From Candidatus Sericytochromatia bacterium (GTDB lineage Bacteria; Cyanobacteriota; Sericytochromatia; UBA7694), in contig JBFWRL010000001.1 of the NCBI GenBank assembly GCA_050248915.1, positions 68,218 through 132,217 on the forward strand: 64,000 nucleotides of DNA, written 5' to 3'. Position 1 is the stretch's first letter; each line of letters starts with the position of its first letter. The position numbers and the translations under genes are program-made. The notes beneath the pieces are model-generated. The model was given only the letters and a program-made list of their open reading frames with translations, did not search any database and was not told the origin of the DNA. Positions 47,301-54,777 of the stretch are shown here, one piece after another.

Positions 47301-48535
47301 TAGAGACCTTTCAACCCTCTGAAATCTTCCAAAAAAAAGACATAGAGCTGCCCAATATCCGCCGCTACTGTATCGACCGCCATCACAACGCCCTGATCCG
47401 TATCAACCGCAAGGGCGAAGTCAAATGGCATTACGGCTTTGAAGTGGGTCAAACGCTCTCACGGCCCTTTCATATTGCCGAGACCAAACGCACGCTCCTG
47501 GTTGCAGATACGGGCAATAACCGCATTCTCGAAATCTCCAAAGCCGACAAAGAGATCGTGGCAGATTTTCGTGGCCCTGCCGACTCCCCTCTTTCAGGGC
47601 CGCGCAGCGCCAACCGCACCGCCATGGGCCGCACGATTATTGCCGATCAAAAAAACAAACGCCTGATTGAGCTCGATTCCCGCGATCGGATTGTCTGGGA
47701 GTTTAACAAGTCTGGCCAACTCTCTTCACCCCAATATGCTGAAGAGGTCGATAATGGCGATATTCTCTTTGCCGACTCCATGTTAAACAGCATTCGCCAG
47801 GTCGATAAAGAGGGCAATTTGCGTTGGTCTTATGGCAGCCGGATCAAAGGCACGGGCCCCGGCCAACTCTTTGCCCCCGAATACGCCACCCGTTTGCCCA
47901 ATGGCAATACCCTGATTGCCGACACCCGCAATAACCGCATCGTGGAAGTGGATATGAACGGCTCTCAAGTCTGGTTATACGAGGGCCGGGGTCGCCAAAA
48001 AGTGCTGAACCCCACGCGCTGCGAACGCACCGAAGACAATACCACCTTGATTATTTACAACAATAACCGCGAGGTGATTGAGGTCGATGCCAAAGGGGAG
48101 ACCCTCTGGTATTTTCGCATGGGCAACGACGTGTTTTTGCCCCCTGTGCATGGCAAAGGGGCCAAACAAATGGTCGAAAAACTCAGCACCTATTACAATC
48201 CGATCGAAAAACGGCTGGTGCGCATGGCGGCCCAAGATGGCATGAAAGGGGTCGAAGTCCATGTCACACTGATGGACAATGTGCAGATGAAGTCTGTGCG
48301 CGCCTCTTTGGTCTTAATGGCCCTGGAAAAATCCGGCACGGTGATCAAGACCTTTCCCACCCCCGAAGAATTGCTTGCCGATAAATTTGGCAAATTTATG
48401 ATTGTCTCGTTTATCCTCAATCCAGATATTGGCATGGGCACGTTGGAATTGGATGTGGCCGCCATTGCTGAGATCGAAGCGGTCAAGGTCGAAGAGATCA
48501 GCTTTGAAGAAGCCGCTGCAGCGGGGGCCCGCTGA
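44387..48535 (+). CDS. Giant (1382 aa) multi-domain protein: N-terminal beta-propeller, acidic coiled-coil linker, zinc ribbon, two NHL-repeat propellers, unknown C-terminal domain
   Basis: A YVTN-like N-terminal propeller (…SNLYILDLESLQ…GEHLYLLT…NLVYLNTQNF…). A Glu/Lys-rich linker (aa 380-520). A zinc ribbon CPNCRQPLLGSWDCDACGF. At least six NHL-type repeats with the D-x-G-N-H-R-V-L-E signature (DQGNHRVLEVD, DTGNHRVLEIK, DSGNYRLLELD, DTGNNRILEIS, DQKNKRLIELD, DTRNNRIVEVD). A C-terminal 100-aa domain of unknown family. An AT-rich promoter-like region with TATAAT lies at 44331-44336. Confidence 0.7.
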   Translation: MARGDIDDRILKQALIDRQLVDKTTLESLIQDQEGRFRALRKTLPGSSFLINLAQNTLEITDLVSGDTRKKLTLKSGKAEAFDPENWEHWGSSPLLVQGSDGNQAGRLDGELTPTYGLVTLPDSSYVYNNGRLDTEYLATSESCLFSGVYKGKPTAAPYDLFLSRDRSLLCLSDRGAGTLRLISTQDFSDRGPIQIREAGSNLALNVAPDTAKKRVFITDNQTSNLYILDLESLQIQRQRVGLGILGNILLSPDGEHLYLLTLKPNQNLVYLNTQNFEAEKSVKLKGDLFKANSSDPSDLFALSPDQKQLLVMTYLNEPTPFTPVITVLEAEGVKTVRRYSIKEEGKPSQILFASKNPFQEHARRLEDLVVEARLLEPRALWELKRELRELQGLDPDEEGPLKPRKASEKEESEPEEVSEETAVEEEPVEAEKEPEFLEIEQHIIDIAVTKKDQQKKDEMGITPAKAPKIDLPHEALEEIIDIMINTFQKQVEEDISDYPDVMMRLREEAEKARQELENYDSVIVQIPDLFEGKSLRTVILREAIVMMLDLKASIKAAGVRTVPTHCPNCRQPLLGSWDCDACGFEIDNAERAFKRRTASAEPTANLARGQILVPDPLGLRILQLNPFKFVSWSLDPDQLSCDYPVDCLMLPNNNLLLADKDGHKIMEVGSRGKIFWTFDNHASGRHALRNPVRITYRYEDDNSVRLLIVDQGNHRVLEVDKNNEIYWEFGVQGEAGDHGKHLDTPCDIQYTHDNTYLIADTGNHRVLEIKGGNIYKEWGDNLDLKSPTCALRLLNDHTLILDSGNYRLLELDDRGQILRESTYYSREIDEEFRVVHPIKMIRLLNKDILIMDEDKLIQVMLNTNKLVWYSKLDDLAFQPQVQEAEIVIDENGNERRVYKVIDHGDIRPVRLSQKINFKRMQQLIAARLQNETVPGEEEDPDKMSIGAADRLRSLLADRKAEQARTMQELNLETFQPSEIFQKKDIELPNIRRYCIDRHHNALIRINRKGEVKWHYGFEVGQTLSRPFHIAETKRTLLVADTGNNRILEISKADKEIVADFRGPADSPLSGPRSANRTAMGRTIIADQKNKRLIELDSRDRIVWEFNKSGQLSSPQYAEEVDNGDILFADSMLNSIRQVDKEGNLRWSYGSRIKGTGPGQLFAPEYATRLPNGNTLIADTRNNRIVEVDMNGSQVWLYEGRGRQKVLNPTRCERTEDNTTLIIYNNNREVIEVDAKGETLWYFRMGNDVFLPPVHGKGAKQMVEKLSTYYNPIEKRLVRMAAQDGMKGVEVHVTLMDNVQMKSVRASLVLMALEKSGTVIKTFPTPEELLADKFGKFMIVSFILNPDIGMGTLELDVAAIAEIEAVKVEEISFEEAAAAGAR

Positions 48536-48840
48536 TGATTCTCTACAGTGTGACCGTCTCTCTGCCCGAAGAGCGCGAAGCGGAGTGGTTGGATTGGCAG
48601 CGCGAAGAACATATCCCCGAAGTCATGGCCACAGGCTTTTTCAATAAACATTCGCTGCACAAGCTCTTGGAGCCCATCATGGAGGCCGGATTTGTGACCT
48701 ATAACGTGCTTTATACCACCGAGTCGCTCGACCACCTCAACCGCTACCGCGCAGAGGCCGGTCCGCGTTTGCAGCAAAAACACCTTGAGCGCTTTGGCGA
48801 GGAGATTTTTGCCATCCGCTCAGTGATGCAGATCTGTTAA
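48535..48840 (+). CDS. Small DUF4286-like protein, translationally coupled to the giant gene
   Basis: The start ATG overlaps the upstream TGA by 1 nt (ctgATGatt). MILYSVTVSLPEEREAEWLDWQREEHIPEVMATGFF… resembles DUF4286-type 100-aa proteins from memory. Confidence 0.5.
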   Translation: MILYSVTVSLPEEREAEWLDWQREEHIPEVMATGFFNKHSLHKLLEPIMEAGFVTYNVLYTTESLDHLNRYRAEAGPRLQQKHLERFGEEIFAIRSVMQIC

Positions 48841-48870
48841 TTTATTTCTTGCCCAGAAAGTGAAGCCACG

Positions 48871-49206
48871 ATGCAAATTGTCCTGCTCGACCCCCAACTC
48901 AAAGAAAAAACCTACCTGATCGACGAAGACAGTTTGGGGGTCGAAAAAATCAAGCTGCCGTTTACCGATGGTCTGCCGCCGGGTTTTGACCGCGAGACGG
49001 TGGGCCGCTTGGGCTACCGGGTCAAAGCCCAAATGGCCTGGAACAAAAACCAAGCAGAACCCTTCGATCTGAGTTTTTTGTATCTGCATCCAGCGGATCG
49101 CGTACTCAACCTGGCGGTGCCCAAACGCCACCGGGTCGAAGACCTGACCGACCTCTTGGCCTACGTCAAACAATTTGTCGAAACCGAATTGCCTAGCGGG
49201 TCTTGA
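48871..49206 (+). CDS. Hypothetical 111-aa protein
   Basis: Third ORF of the same-strand run. No family recognised. Confidence 0.4.
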   Translation: MQIVLLDPQLKEKTYLIDEDSLGVEKIKLPFTDGLPPGFDRETVGRLGYRVKAQMAWNKNQAEPFDLSFLYLHPADRVLNLAVPKRHRVEDLTDLLAYVKQFVETELPSGS

Positions 49207-49612
49207 GCTCTGCTATCATTTTTTTTGCCAGGTCATCGGGCATGCGGGCATTTTGCACTTTGAAATGGTCCACGGAGAGTTTGGCATGGTCGCCATACAA
49301 GACAATTTTCCAGGTTTCATCGGGCATTTTGCGCAAGAGCACAAAATAGAGCAAATTGTCTTCGGGCCGGGCAATCCGCAGCAGGGCCCAGCCTTTGCTG
49401 GCGACCAAGGCCTCGGTATAACACACGGGTTTGCGATCGCCTTTGCAAACAGGCTGTTCGGCCTGGGCCATCAGCCGCTGTTTGGGGCTGTCTTGGGCCT
49501 TTTCGAGCCGGTTTTTTAGATTGCGAATATCGCGGGTCTGGGCCCAGGCGCTGGGCAAAGTCACCCCCAAAACCAAAAAGGCCCCCAAACAGGTTTTGAT
49601 CATCCGGCGCAT
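49193..49612 (-). CDS. Secreted hypothetical protein
   Basis: Signal peptide (LGAFLVLGVTLPSAWAQ). A Cys pair is present. It overlaps the convergent gene by 14 nt. Confidence 0.45.
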   Translation of the reverse strand: MRRMIKTCLGAFLVLGVTLPSAWAQTRDIRNLKNRLEKAQDSPKQRLMAQAEQPVCKGDRKPVCYTEALVASKGWALLRIARPEDNLLYFVLLRKMPDETWKIVLYGDHAKLSVDHFKVQNARMPDDLAKKMIAELKTR

Positions 49613-49771
49613 AAATACTCCCTCTCTTCAAAGACATCAGCTATTTTGTTCTTCCCAAGTCAGCAGCGTTTCAAACCAAGTTACATGCACAGATCTGTTA
49701 AAGAGACAAAACCCAAGTCACAGCACACACACCAAACAAAATGTTAGAATCAGCGCAATAGGCCATTCACC

Positions 49772-52588
49772 ATGCAAAAAGACCATTATCAGATCGAAAA
49801 AGAGCTGGGCCAAGGCGGCTTTGCCACTTCCTGGCTGGCCCGCGATACCCGCAACAAACAACTGTGTGTGCTCAAAAAAATCAATTTGGCGCAAATGGAC
49901 ACCTGGAAAAGCCTGGAGCTGTTTGAGCGCGAGTGCAAAACCCTCAAGCACCTCAAACATCCGGGTATTCCGCGTTTTATTGAGGCCTGGAGCCACGAAG
50001 GAGACAGTCAAACACCCCCTGAAGCAGTTTTGGTGCAAGAATATATCCCCGGCAAAAACCTGGAGCAATGGCTCGAAGATGGGCGGCGCTTTAGCGAGGC
50101 CGAGGCCCTTGACTTGGCACTGCAAATGTGTGAAATTCTGCGCTATTTACACGGCTTTTCGCCCCCGGTAATCCACAGGGATATCAAACCCGGCAACGTG
50201 ATTCTCGACGAAAACCAGCGCCTGTATTTGATTGATTTTGGTGCCGTAAAACAGACCCTCAGCTCACAAACCCAGAGCGTGACCATGATTGGCACCTTTG
50301 GCTATATGCCCCTGGAGCAAATGGAGGGCAGAAGCCATCCCGCCTCAGATCTCTACTCCCTGGGCGCCACCTGGGTCTATCTTTTGAGTGGGCGCACCCC
50401 GGCAGAGCTGGAACGAAAAAATCTCAAGCTCAACTTTCGCCCCCATACCCAATTGTCGAATAAATTCAATCAGATTCTCGACAAATTGCTCGAACCCGAT
50501 CTCGACAAACGCTATTCAAATGTGGCCGAATTCCAAGCAGATTTGCTCAAGCTCAAACAGAAAAAACAAACAGCCCCCCTCAAAGACAACTTGGGCCCAT
50601 TCTGGCAAAAGCTGCCCACTCAAAAGCGCCTCTGGTTGGGAGCGGGGCTGCTGGGATTGGGCATCGTGCTGAGTCTGGCCCTGCTCGCAAAAGGCCCACA
50701 GACCCGCGTGATTGTGGCCCCAGAGAGTGCTCCCAAACAGGTTGAAGACACAGGCGACAGCTTGGGCTGGCAAAAATCCCCACTGGCCCCCTTTGAAAAG
50801 CTGGCTCCCGCCCCCCGCTTGGACAGCCTGAGTGAAGCTCCCGATGGTACGGTCTGGGGTCTTTCCAGTTCAGCCCTTTACGCGTTTTCCAACGAAGTGC
50901 CCCCCCAAAAGTGGATGGCCCAAGCCCTGACCGGGGGATACGCCAGCCTCAAATGGCTGGAGGCCGGTATTAAAGGGGAAGTCTGGTTTGGCACTTACAA
51001 CAGCCAACTCTACCGCTTTGCCAACGAGGCCACCGAGGCCATCGACAAACCCGACAGTGCCGATCTCACGGCACTCGGGCAGTGGCAAAACCAGCTCTTG
51101 GCAGCCTATGGCAAACGGCTCTATATCTGGAACACAGATTTGGGCCTGTTTCAGGTCTTAAAAGAATTTCCCGAAGAGGTCACAGCCCTGCACACCCAAA
51201 CTTCAGCCGAACTCTGGGTCGGGGCCAAAAACTACCTGTATCGCTATAATGCCAAACAGTGGACGCGTGTTTGGCAGGGAGAAAGTGTCTACGATGACCG
51301 TATTCGGGCCATTCGGGCCACCGAAGCCCATCTGTATCTCGCCCTGGAAAAAAGGACCGTTGAATTTGAGCGCCAACGCCAAACCCTGGCCCCGCTCTTG
51401 GTGGGAGGCACGGTCAAAGCACTGGAAGTGCAACCCAAGCAGGCATTTTGGCTGGGTACTGCGGATACCCTTTCTGAAGGGCTCTATCTGCGCATCCCCA
51501 ACTCCCCCAAGCTCTACAGCCTGGGCTACCGCGAAGGCCTGCCTGGCGACCGCTTCGAAACCCTGTTGCGCGATCGCCAAAATCGCCTCTGGCTGAGTTT
51601 TAATTACAGCGGCCAAGGGGAGTTGTGGCGGGCCCCCGCCAGTGAGATCAAGCAACAGCTCCTGGCTCCCAAAAGCAAGGCCCTGCCGGCCACCCACTTT
51701 AAAGACGCCTGCAATGCCTGGGAGACCCTCAAACCAGCTGCTTCAGACGCCCTCGCTGGGGACATCTTTGCAAACAAAACCCATGTCTTTTGGCAACAAG
51801 AACTGGTTTGCCCCTTTGGAGAAGGCTTTCGCCGCCGGGACGGCGTGGCACTGCTGCAAAATTTTCAGGGACTCTTTCTCTGGCGGCAACGCAAACTCAG
51901 CCACCGCAGCCCGCCCCACAATGTCTATGGCAGCCACAGTCTCTTACTCGATAGCCAAGACGAGATTTGGTTGGCCCGCAATTTTCCTTACCATGTCTTT
52001 CGCAGTCAAGGACGTCAATGGCAGGCCCAGACACGCCAAGAGGGCCTGTCCGAAGAGCGGGCACCCCTGCTCTACCAAACCCGCAAAGGCCAGATCTTGG
52101 CGGCAGTCATGGTCAAAGAACGTTTGCCGTTGCAAATCTGGGATCCAGGCAAAAAACGCTGGCAAAACACCGCTTTAAAAGGACCAGACAACTATATCTC
52201 AGCCAATGATCTGCTCGAACTCAAAAGCGGTGAACTGGCCCTGGCCACCGACAAAGGTCTGTTTATTCTGAGTGCAGATTTACAGTCTGCCAAAGAAGTC
52301 AGCGGCCTGCCCTACCCAGATATTCAGGCCGTGGCCGAAGACCCGCGGGGCCAGATCTGGATTATTTACAATCGCTTTGGCCCCGGTCGCGGCCTGAGCG
52401 TTTGGCATCCCCAAAACGGGCAAGTGCGTCATTTGGACGTGCGCTCAGGTTTGGTGCCCGACCGATTTCAGGCGCTCACCATCGACAAGGAAGATCGGAT
52501 TTGGCTGATGGAAGGGGGCATGGCAGTGAAGGTCTACCAACTAAAAGACCTGCACACAGCCCTTGATAGCCCTGGTATCTGCTGTTAA
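49772..52588 (+). CDS. Eukaryotic-like Ser/Thr protein kinase with TM helix and C-terminal beta-propeller sensor domain
   Basis: Kinase subdomains GQGGFATSW…VLKK…HRDIKPGNVIL…DFG. One TM helix (LWLGAGLLGLGIVLSLALLA). A 600-aa C-terminal region with repeated propeller-like blades (two-component Y_Y_Y / Reg_prop-like). Confidence 0.85.
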   Translation: MQKDHYQIEKELGQGGFATSWLARDTRNKQLCVLKKINLAQMDTWKSLELFERECKTLKHLKHPGIPRFIEAWSHEGDSQTPPEAVLVQEYIPGKNLEQWLEDGRRFSEAEALDLALQMCEILRYLHGFSPPVIHRDIKPGNVILDENQRLYLIDFGAVKQTLSSQTQSVTMIGTFGYMPLEQMEGRSHPASDLYSLGATWVYLLSGRTPAELERKNLKLNFRPHTQLSNKFNQILDKLLEPDLDKRYSNVAEFQADLLKLKQKKQTAPLKDNLGPFWQKLPTQKRLWLGAGLLGLGIVLSLALLAKGPQTRVIVAPESAPKQVEDTGDSLGWQKSPLAPFEKLAPAPRLDSLSEAPDGTVWGLSSSALYAFSNEVPPQKWMAQALTGGYASLKWLEAGIKGEVWFGTYNSQLYRFANEATEAIDKPDSADLTALGQWQNQLLAAYGKRLYIWNTDLGLFQVLKEFPEEVTALHTQTSAELWVGAKNYLYRYNAKQWTRVWQGESVYDDRIRAIRATEAHLYLALEKRTVEFERQRQTLAPLLVGGTVKALEVQPKQAFWLGTADTLSEGLYLRIPNSPKLYSLGYREGLPGDRFETLLRDRQNRLWLSFNYSGQGELWRAPASEIKQQLLAPKSKALPATHFKDACNAWETLKPAASDALAGDIFANKTHVFWQQELVCPFGEGFRRRDGVALLQNFQGLFLWRQRKLSHRSPPHNVYGSHSLLLDSQDEIWLARNFPYHVFRSQGRQWQAQTRQEGLSEERAPLLYQTRKGQILAAVMVKERLPLQIWDPGKKRWQNTALKGPDNYISANDLLELKSGELALATDKGLFILSADLQSAKEVSGLPYPDIQAVAEDPRGQIWIIYNRFGPGRGLSVWHPQNGQVRHLDVRSGLVPDRFQALTIDKEDRIWLMEGGMAVKVYQLKDLHTALDSPGICC

Positions 52589-52628
52589 GCTGGGGAGAAA
52601 CCTGCAAGATCGGCACAATTTTTAAACC

Positions 52629-53981
52629 ATGCAACTATCCGTCTCCGCTCTGTCTTTTCCCAATCCCGAACGCCGCAAACAGATCTTTTTACTGGCCCTG
52701 CCCATCATTGGCGGCATGGCCTCGCAAAATGTACTCAACCTGGTAGATACCGCCATGGTGGGTTCTTTGGGCAATCAGGCCCTGGCTGCCACCGGCATTG
52801 GAGGCTTTGCCAATTGGATGGCGATGGCCTTTCTAACGGGGCTCTCTGCAGGGGTACAGGCCATGGCCGCGCGCCGCATGGGGGAGCAAAAAGAGGGAGA
52901 AATGGCCATTCCGCTTAATGGCGGGCTGCTTTTGGCGGCATTGATTGCTGTGCCCTGGTCCATTTTGCTCTTTTTTCTGGCCCCTCTGATCTTTCCCTTG
53001 CTTAACCCCGACCCCGCCGTGGCTGTTCATGGTGTTCCCTATTTGCAGAGCCGTTTGGTGGGCATGGCCGCTGTGGCGATGAATTTTTCGTTTAGAGGCT
53101 ACTGGAATGGCATCAATTATTCCGGGGTGTATATGCGCACCTTGATCGTGATGCATATTGCAGATATTGTCATCAGCTATATCTTGATCTACGGCCTCTT
53201 TGGCCTGCCGGCCCTGGGCACAGCCGGGGCCGGCATTGGCACCACTTTGGGCACGTATATCGGAACCACATTGTATTTTATCGAGGCCCTCAAGGTGGCA
53301 CGCAAAAATGGTTTCCTCAAAGGCATTCCCCAAGGTGAGACACTACTGACCATGCTGCGGCTCTCGATCCCGGCGGGCATTCAGCAATTGTTTTTCTCTG
53401 CGGGCATGACGGCCTTTTTCTGGATTGTGGGCCGGGTGGGCACCGCTGAATTGGCCGCTTCAAATGTTTTGCTCAATCTCCTATTGGTGGCCATTTTACC
53501 AGGGATGGCCTTTGGCATGACCTGCGCCTCATTGGTAGGGCAGGCCCTGGGCCGCAAAGATCCCCAAGACGCCAAGCGCTGGGGCTGGGAGGTTTCCTGG
53601 CTGGCCAGTCTCTGTGTGGGGCTCTTGGCATTGCCTGCCGTTTTTTTGCCAGATCTGGTCTTGGGCCTGTTTTTACACGATCCGGCCACCCTGGCCTTGG
53701 CCCGTTTGCCCCTGCAAATGGTGGCCCTGAGCATGGCCCTGGATACCCTCGGTTCCGTCTTGATGCAGGCCTTGCTGGGTGCGGGCGACAGCAAACGCGT
53801 GATGATGGTTTCGATTATTTTTCAGTGGGTCATTTATTTACCTGCGCTCTTTGTCTTAACCCAAATGGGCTGGCTGGGTCTGACAGGCATTTGGCTCTTA
53901 CAAATGGGCTACCGCGCCCTGCAAACGATGGTCTTTACAGGGCTGTGGAAAGAGGGCAAGTGGCAGAGCATCAAGGTCTAA
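52629..53981 (+). CDS. MATE-family efflux transporter
   Basis: 450 aa with 12 predicted TM helices and MATE-like repeats (…LNLVDTAMVGSLGNQALAA…). Confidence 0.75.
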   Translation: MQLSVSALSFPNPERRKQIFLLALPIIGGMASQNVLNLVDTAMVGSLGNQALAATGIGGFANWMAMAFLTGLSAGVQAMAARRMGEQKEGEMAIPLNGGLLLAALIAVPWSILLFFLAPLIFPLLNPDPAVAVHGVPYLQSRLVGMAAVAMNFSFRGYWNGINYSGVYMRTLIVMHIADIVISYILIYGLFGLPALGTAGAGIGTTLGTYIGTTLYFIEALKVARKNGFLKGIPQGETLLTMLRLSIPAGIQQLFFSAGMTAFFWIVGRVGTAELAASNVLLNLLLVAILPGMAFGMTCASLVGQALGRKDPQDAKRWGWEVSWLASLCVGLLALPAVFLPDLVLGLFLHDPATLALARLPLQMVALSMALDTLGSVLMQALLGAGDSKRVMMVSIIFQWVIYLPALFVLTQMGWLGLTGIWLLQMGYRALQTMVFTGLWKEGKWQSIKV

Positions 53982-54062
53982 AACAGCCCTCTTTTGCCCC
54001 TTGATCTTCCTCAAATTAAAAGTTAAAATTAGTTTAATAAAACATTAAATCAGGTAATTCTT

Positions 54063-54668
54063 ATGAAACGTGCCTTCTTGCTTTCAGCCCTGGCGGGCCT
54101 GCTTTTGACCCCCGCTTTGAGCGCTTGCCAAAACAGCCTTGCTCCGGCACAACTCAGTGCCCATCGGCTTGCAGCCCAATCTTCGGTACGGACTTCTGCT
54201 GCGGCCCGTTCCGATGAAGGCCTGCGCAAAGGGGTGATTGAATTGCGCAAAGTGCGTTTCAGCAAATGGGACAAAAACATCAATGGTGTCTTGACCCGCG
54301 ACGAAGTGAGTGACGAAAATATGGCTTTGCCCGGCGTAATCAGCGGTTTTAAAGACTATGACACCAACAATGACGGTCAAATCACCCAAGCCGAGTTTTT
54401 ACGCGAAGACGTGATCGTTTTCTGGATGAACCTGATTCGCCCCAAAGTGGATGAACTCTTCAGCAAACACGACAAAGACGGCAATCGCCTGTTGACCGTG
54501 GGCGAACAGGACAAGGTCAAACTCTTTTTTAGTCCCTGGCCCAAACTCAAAGGGGGCGATCTCAATCAAGATGGCGTAATCACCTACAGCGAGTTTGAAG
54601 ACGCGTATATGGAAGTGCTGCCCTTTTTCCAACAGCCTGTGGATCGGCAAGCGCTGCCCAACATTTAG
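54063..54668 (+). CDS. EF-hand calcium-binding lipoprotein
   Basis: Lipobox LTPALSAC. Four D-x-[DN]-x-[DN]-G loops are present: DKNINGVLTRDE, DTNNDGQITQAE, DKDGNRLLTVGE, DLNQDGVITYSE. Confidence 0.7.
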   Translation: MKRAFLLSALAGLLLTPALSACQNSLAPAQLSAHRLAAQSSVRTSAAARSDEGLRKGVIELRKVRFSKWDKNINGVLTRDEVSDENMALPGVISGFKDYDTNNDGQITQAEFLREDVIVFWMNLIRPKVDELFSKHDKDGNRLLTVGEQDKVKLFFSPWPKLKGGDLNQDGVITYSEFEDAYMEVLPFFQQPVDRQALPNI

Positions 54669-54708
54669 ATTCGAGTGAGTCTCAAACCCACACAATTCTA
54701 TTTAGAAA

Positions 54709-54742
54709 AGCCCCTGCGCGAAAAACGCAGGGGCTTTTTTTT
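54709..54742 (+). terminator. Rho-independent terminator after the EF-hand gene
   Basis: Stem gcccctgcg / cgcaggggc with a 7-nt loop, followed by T8 (54735-54742). It is preceded by an A-run, so it is potentially bidirectional. Confidence 0.8.
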
Positions 54743-54777
54743 ATGCGGAGCGACAACAAACCGCAGTCATTCCCACC

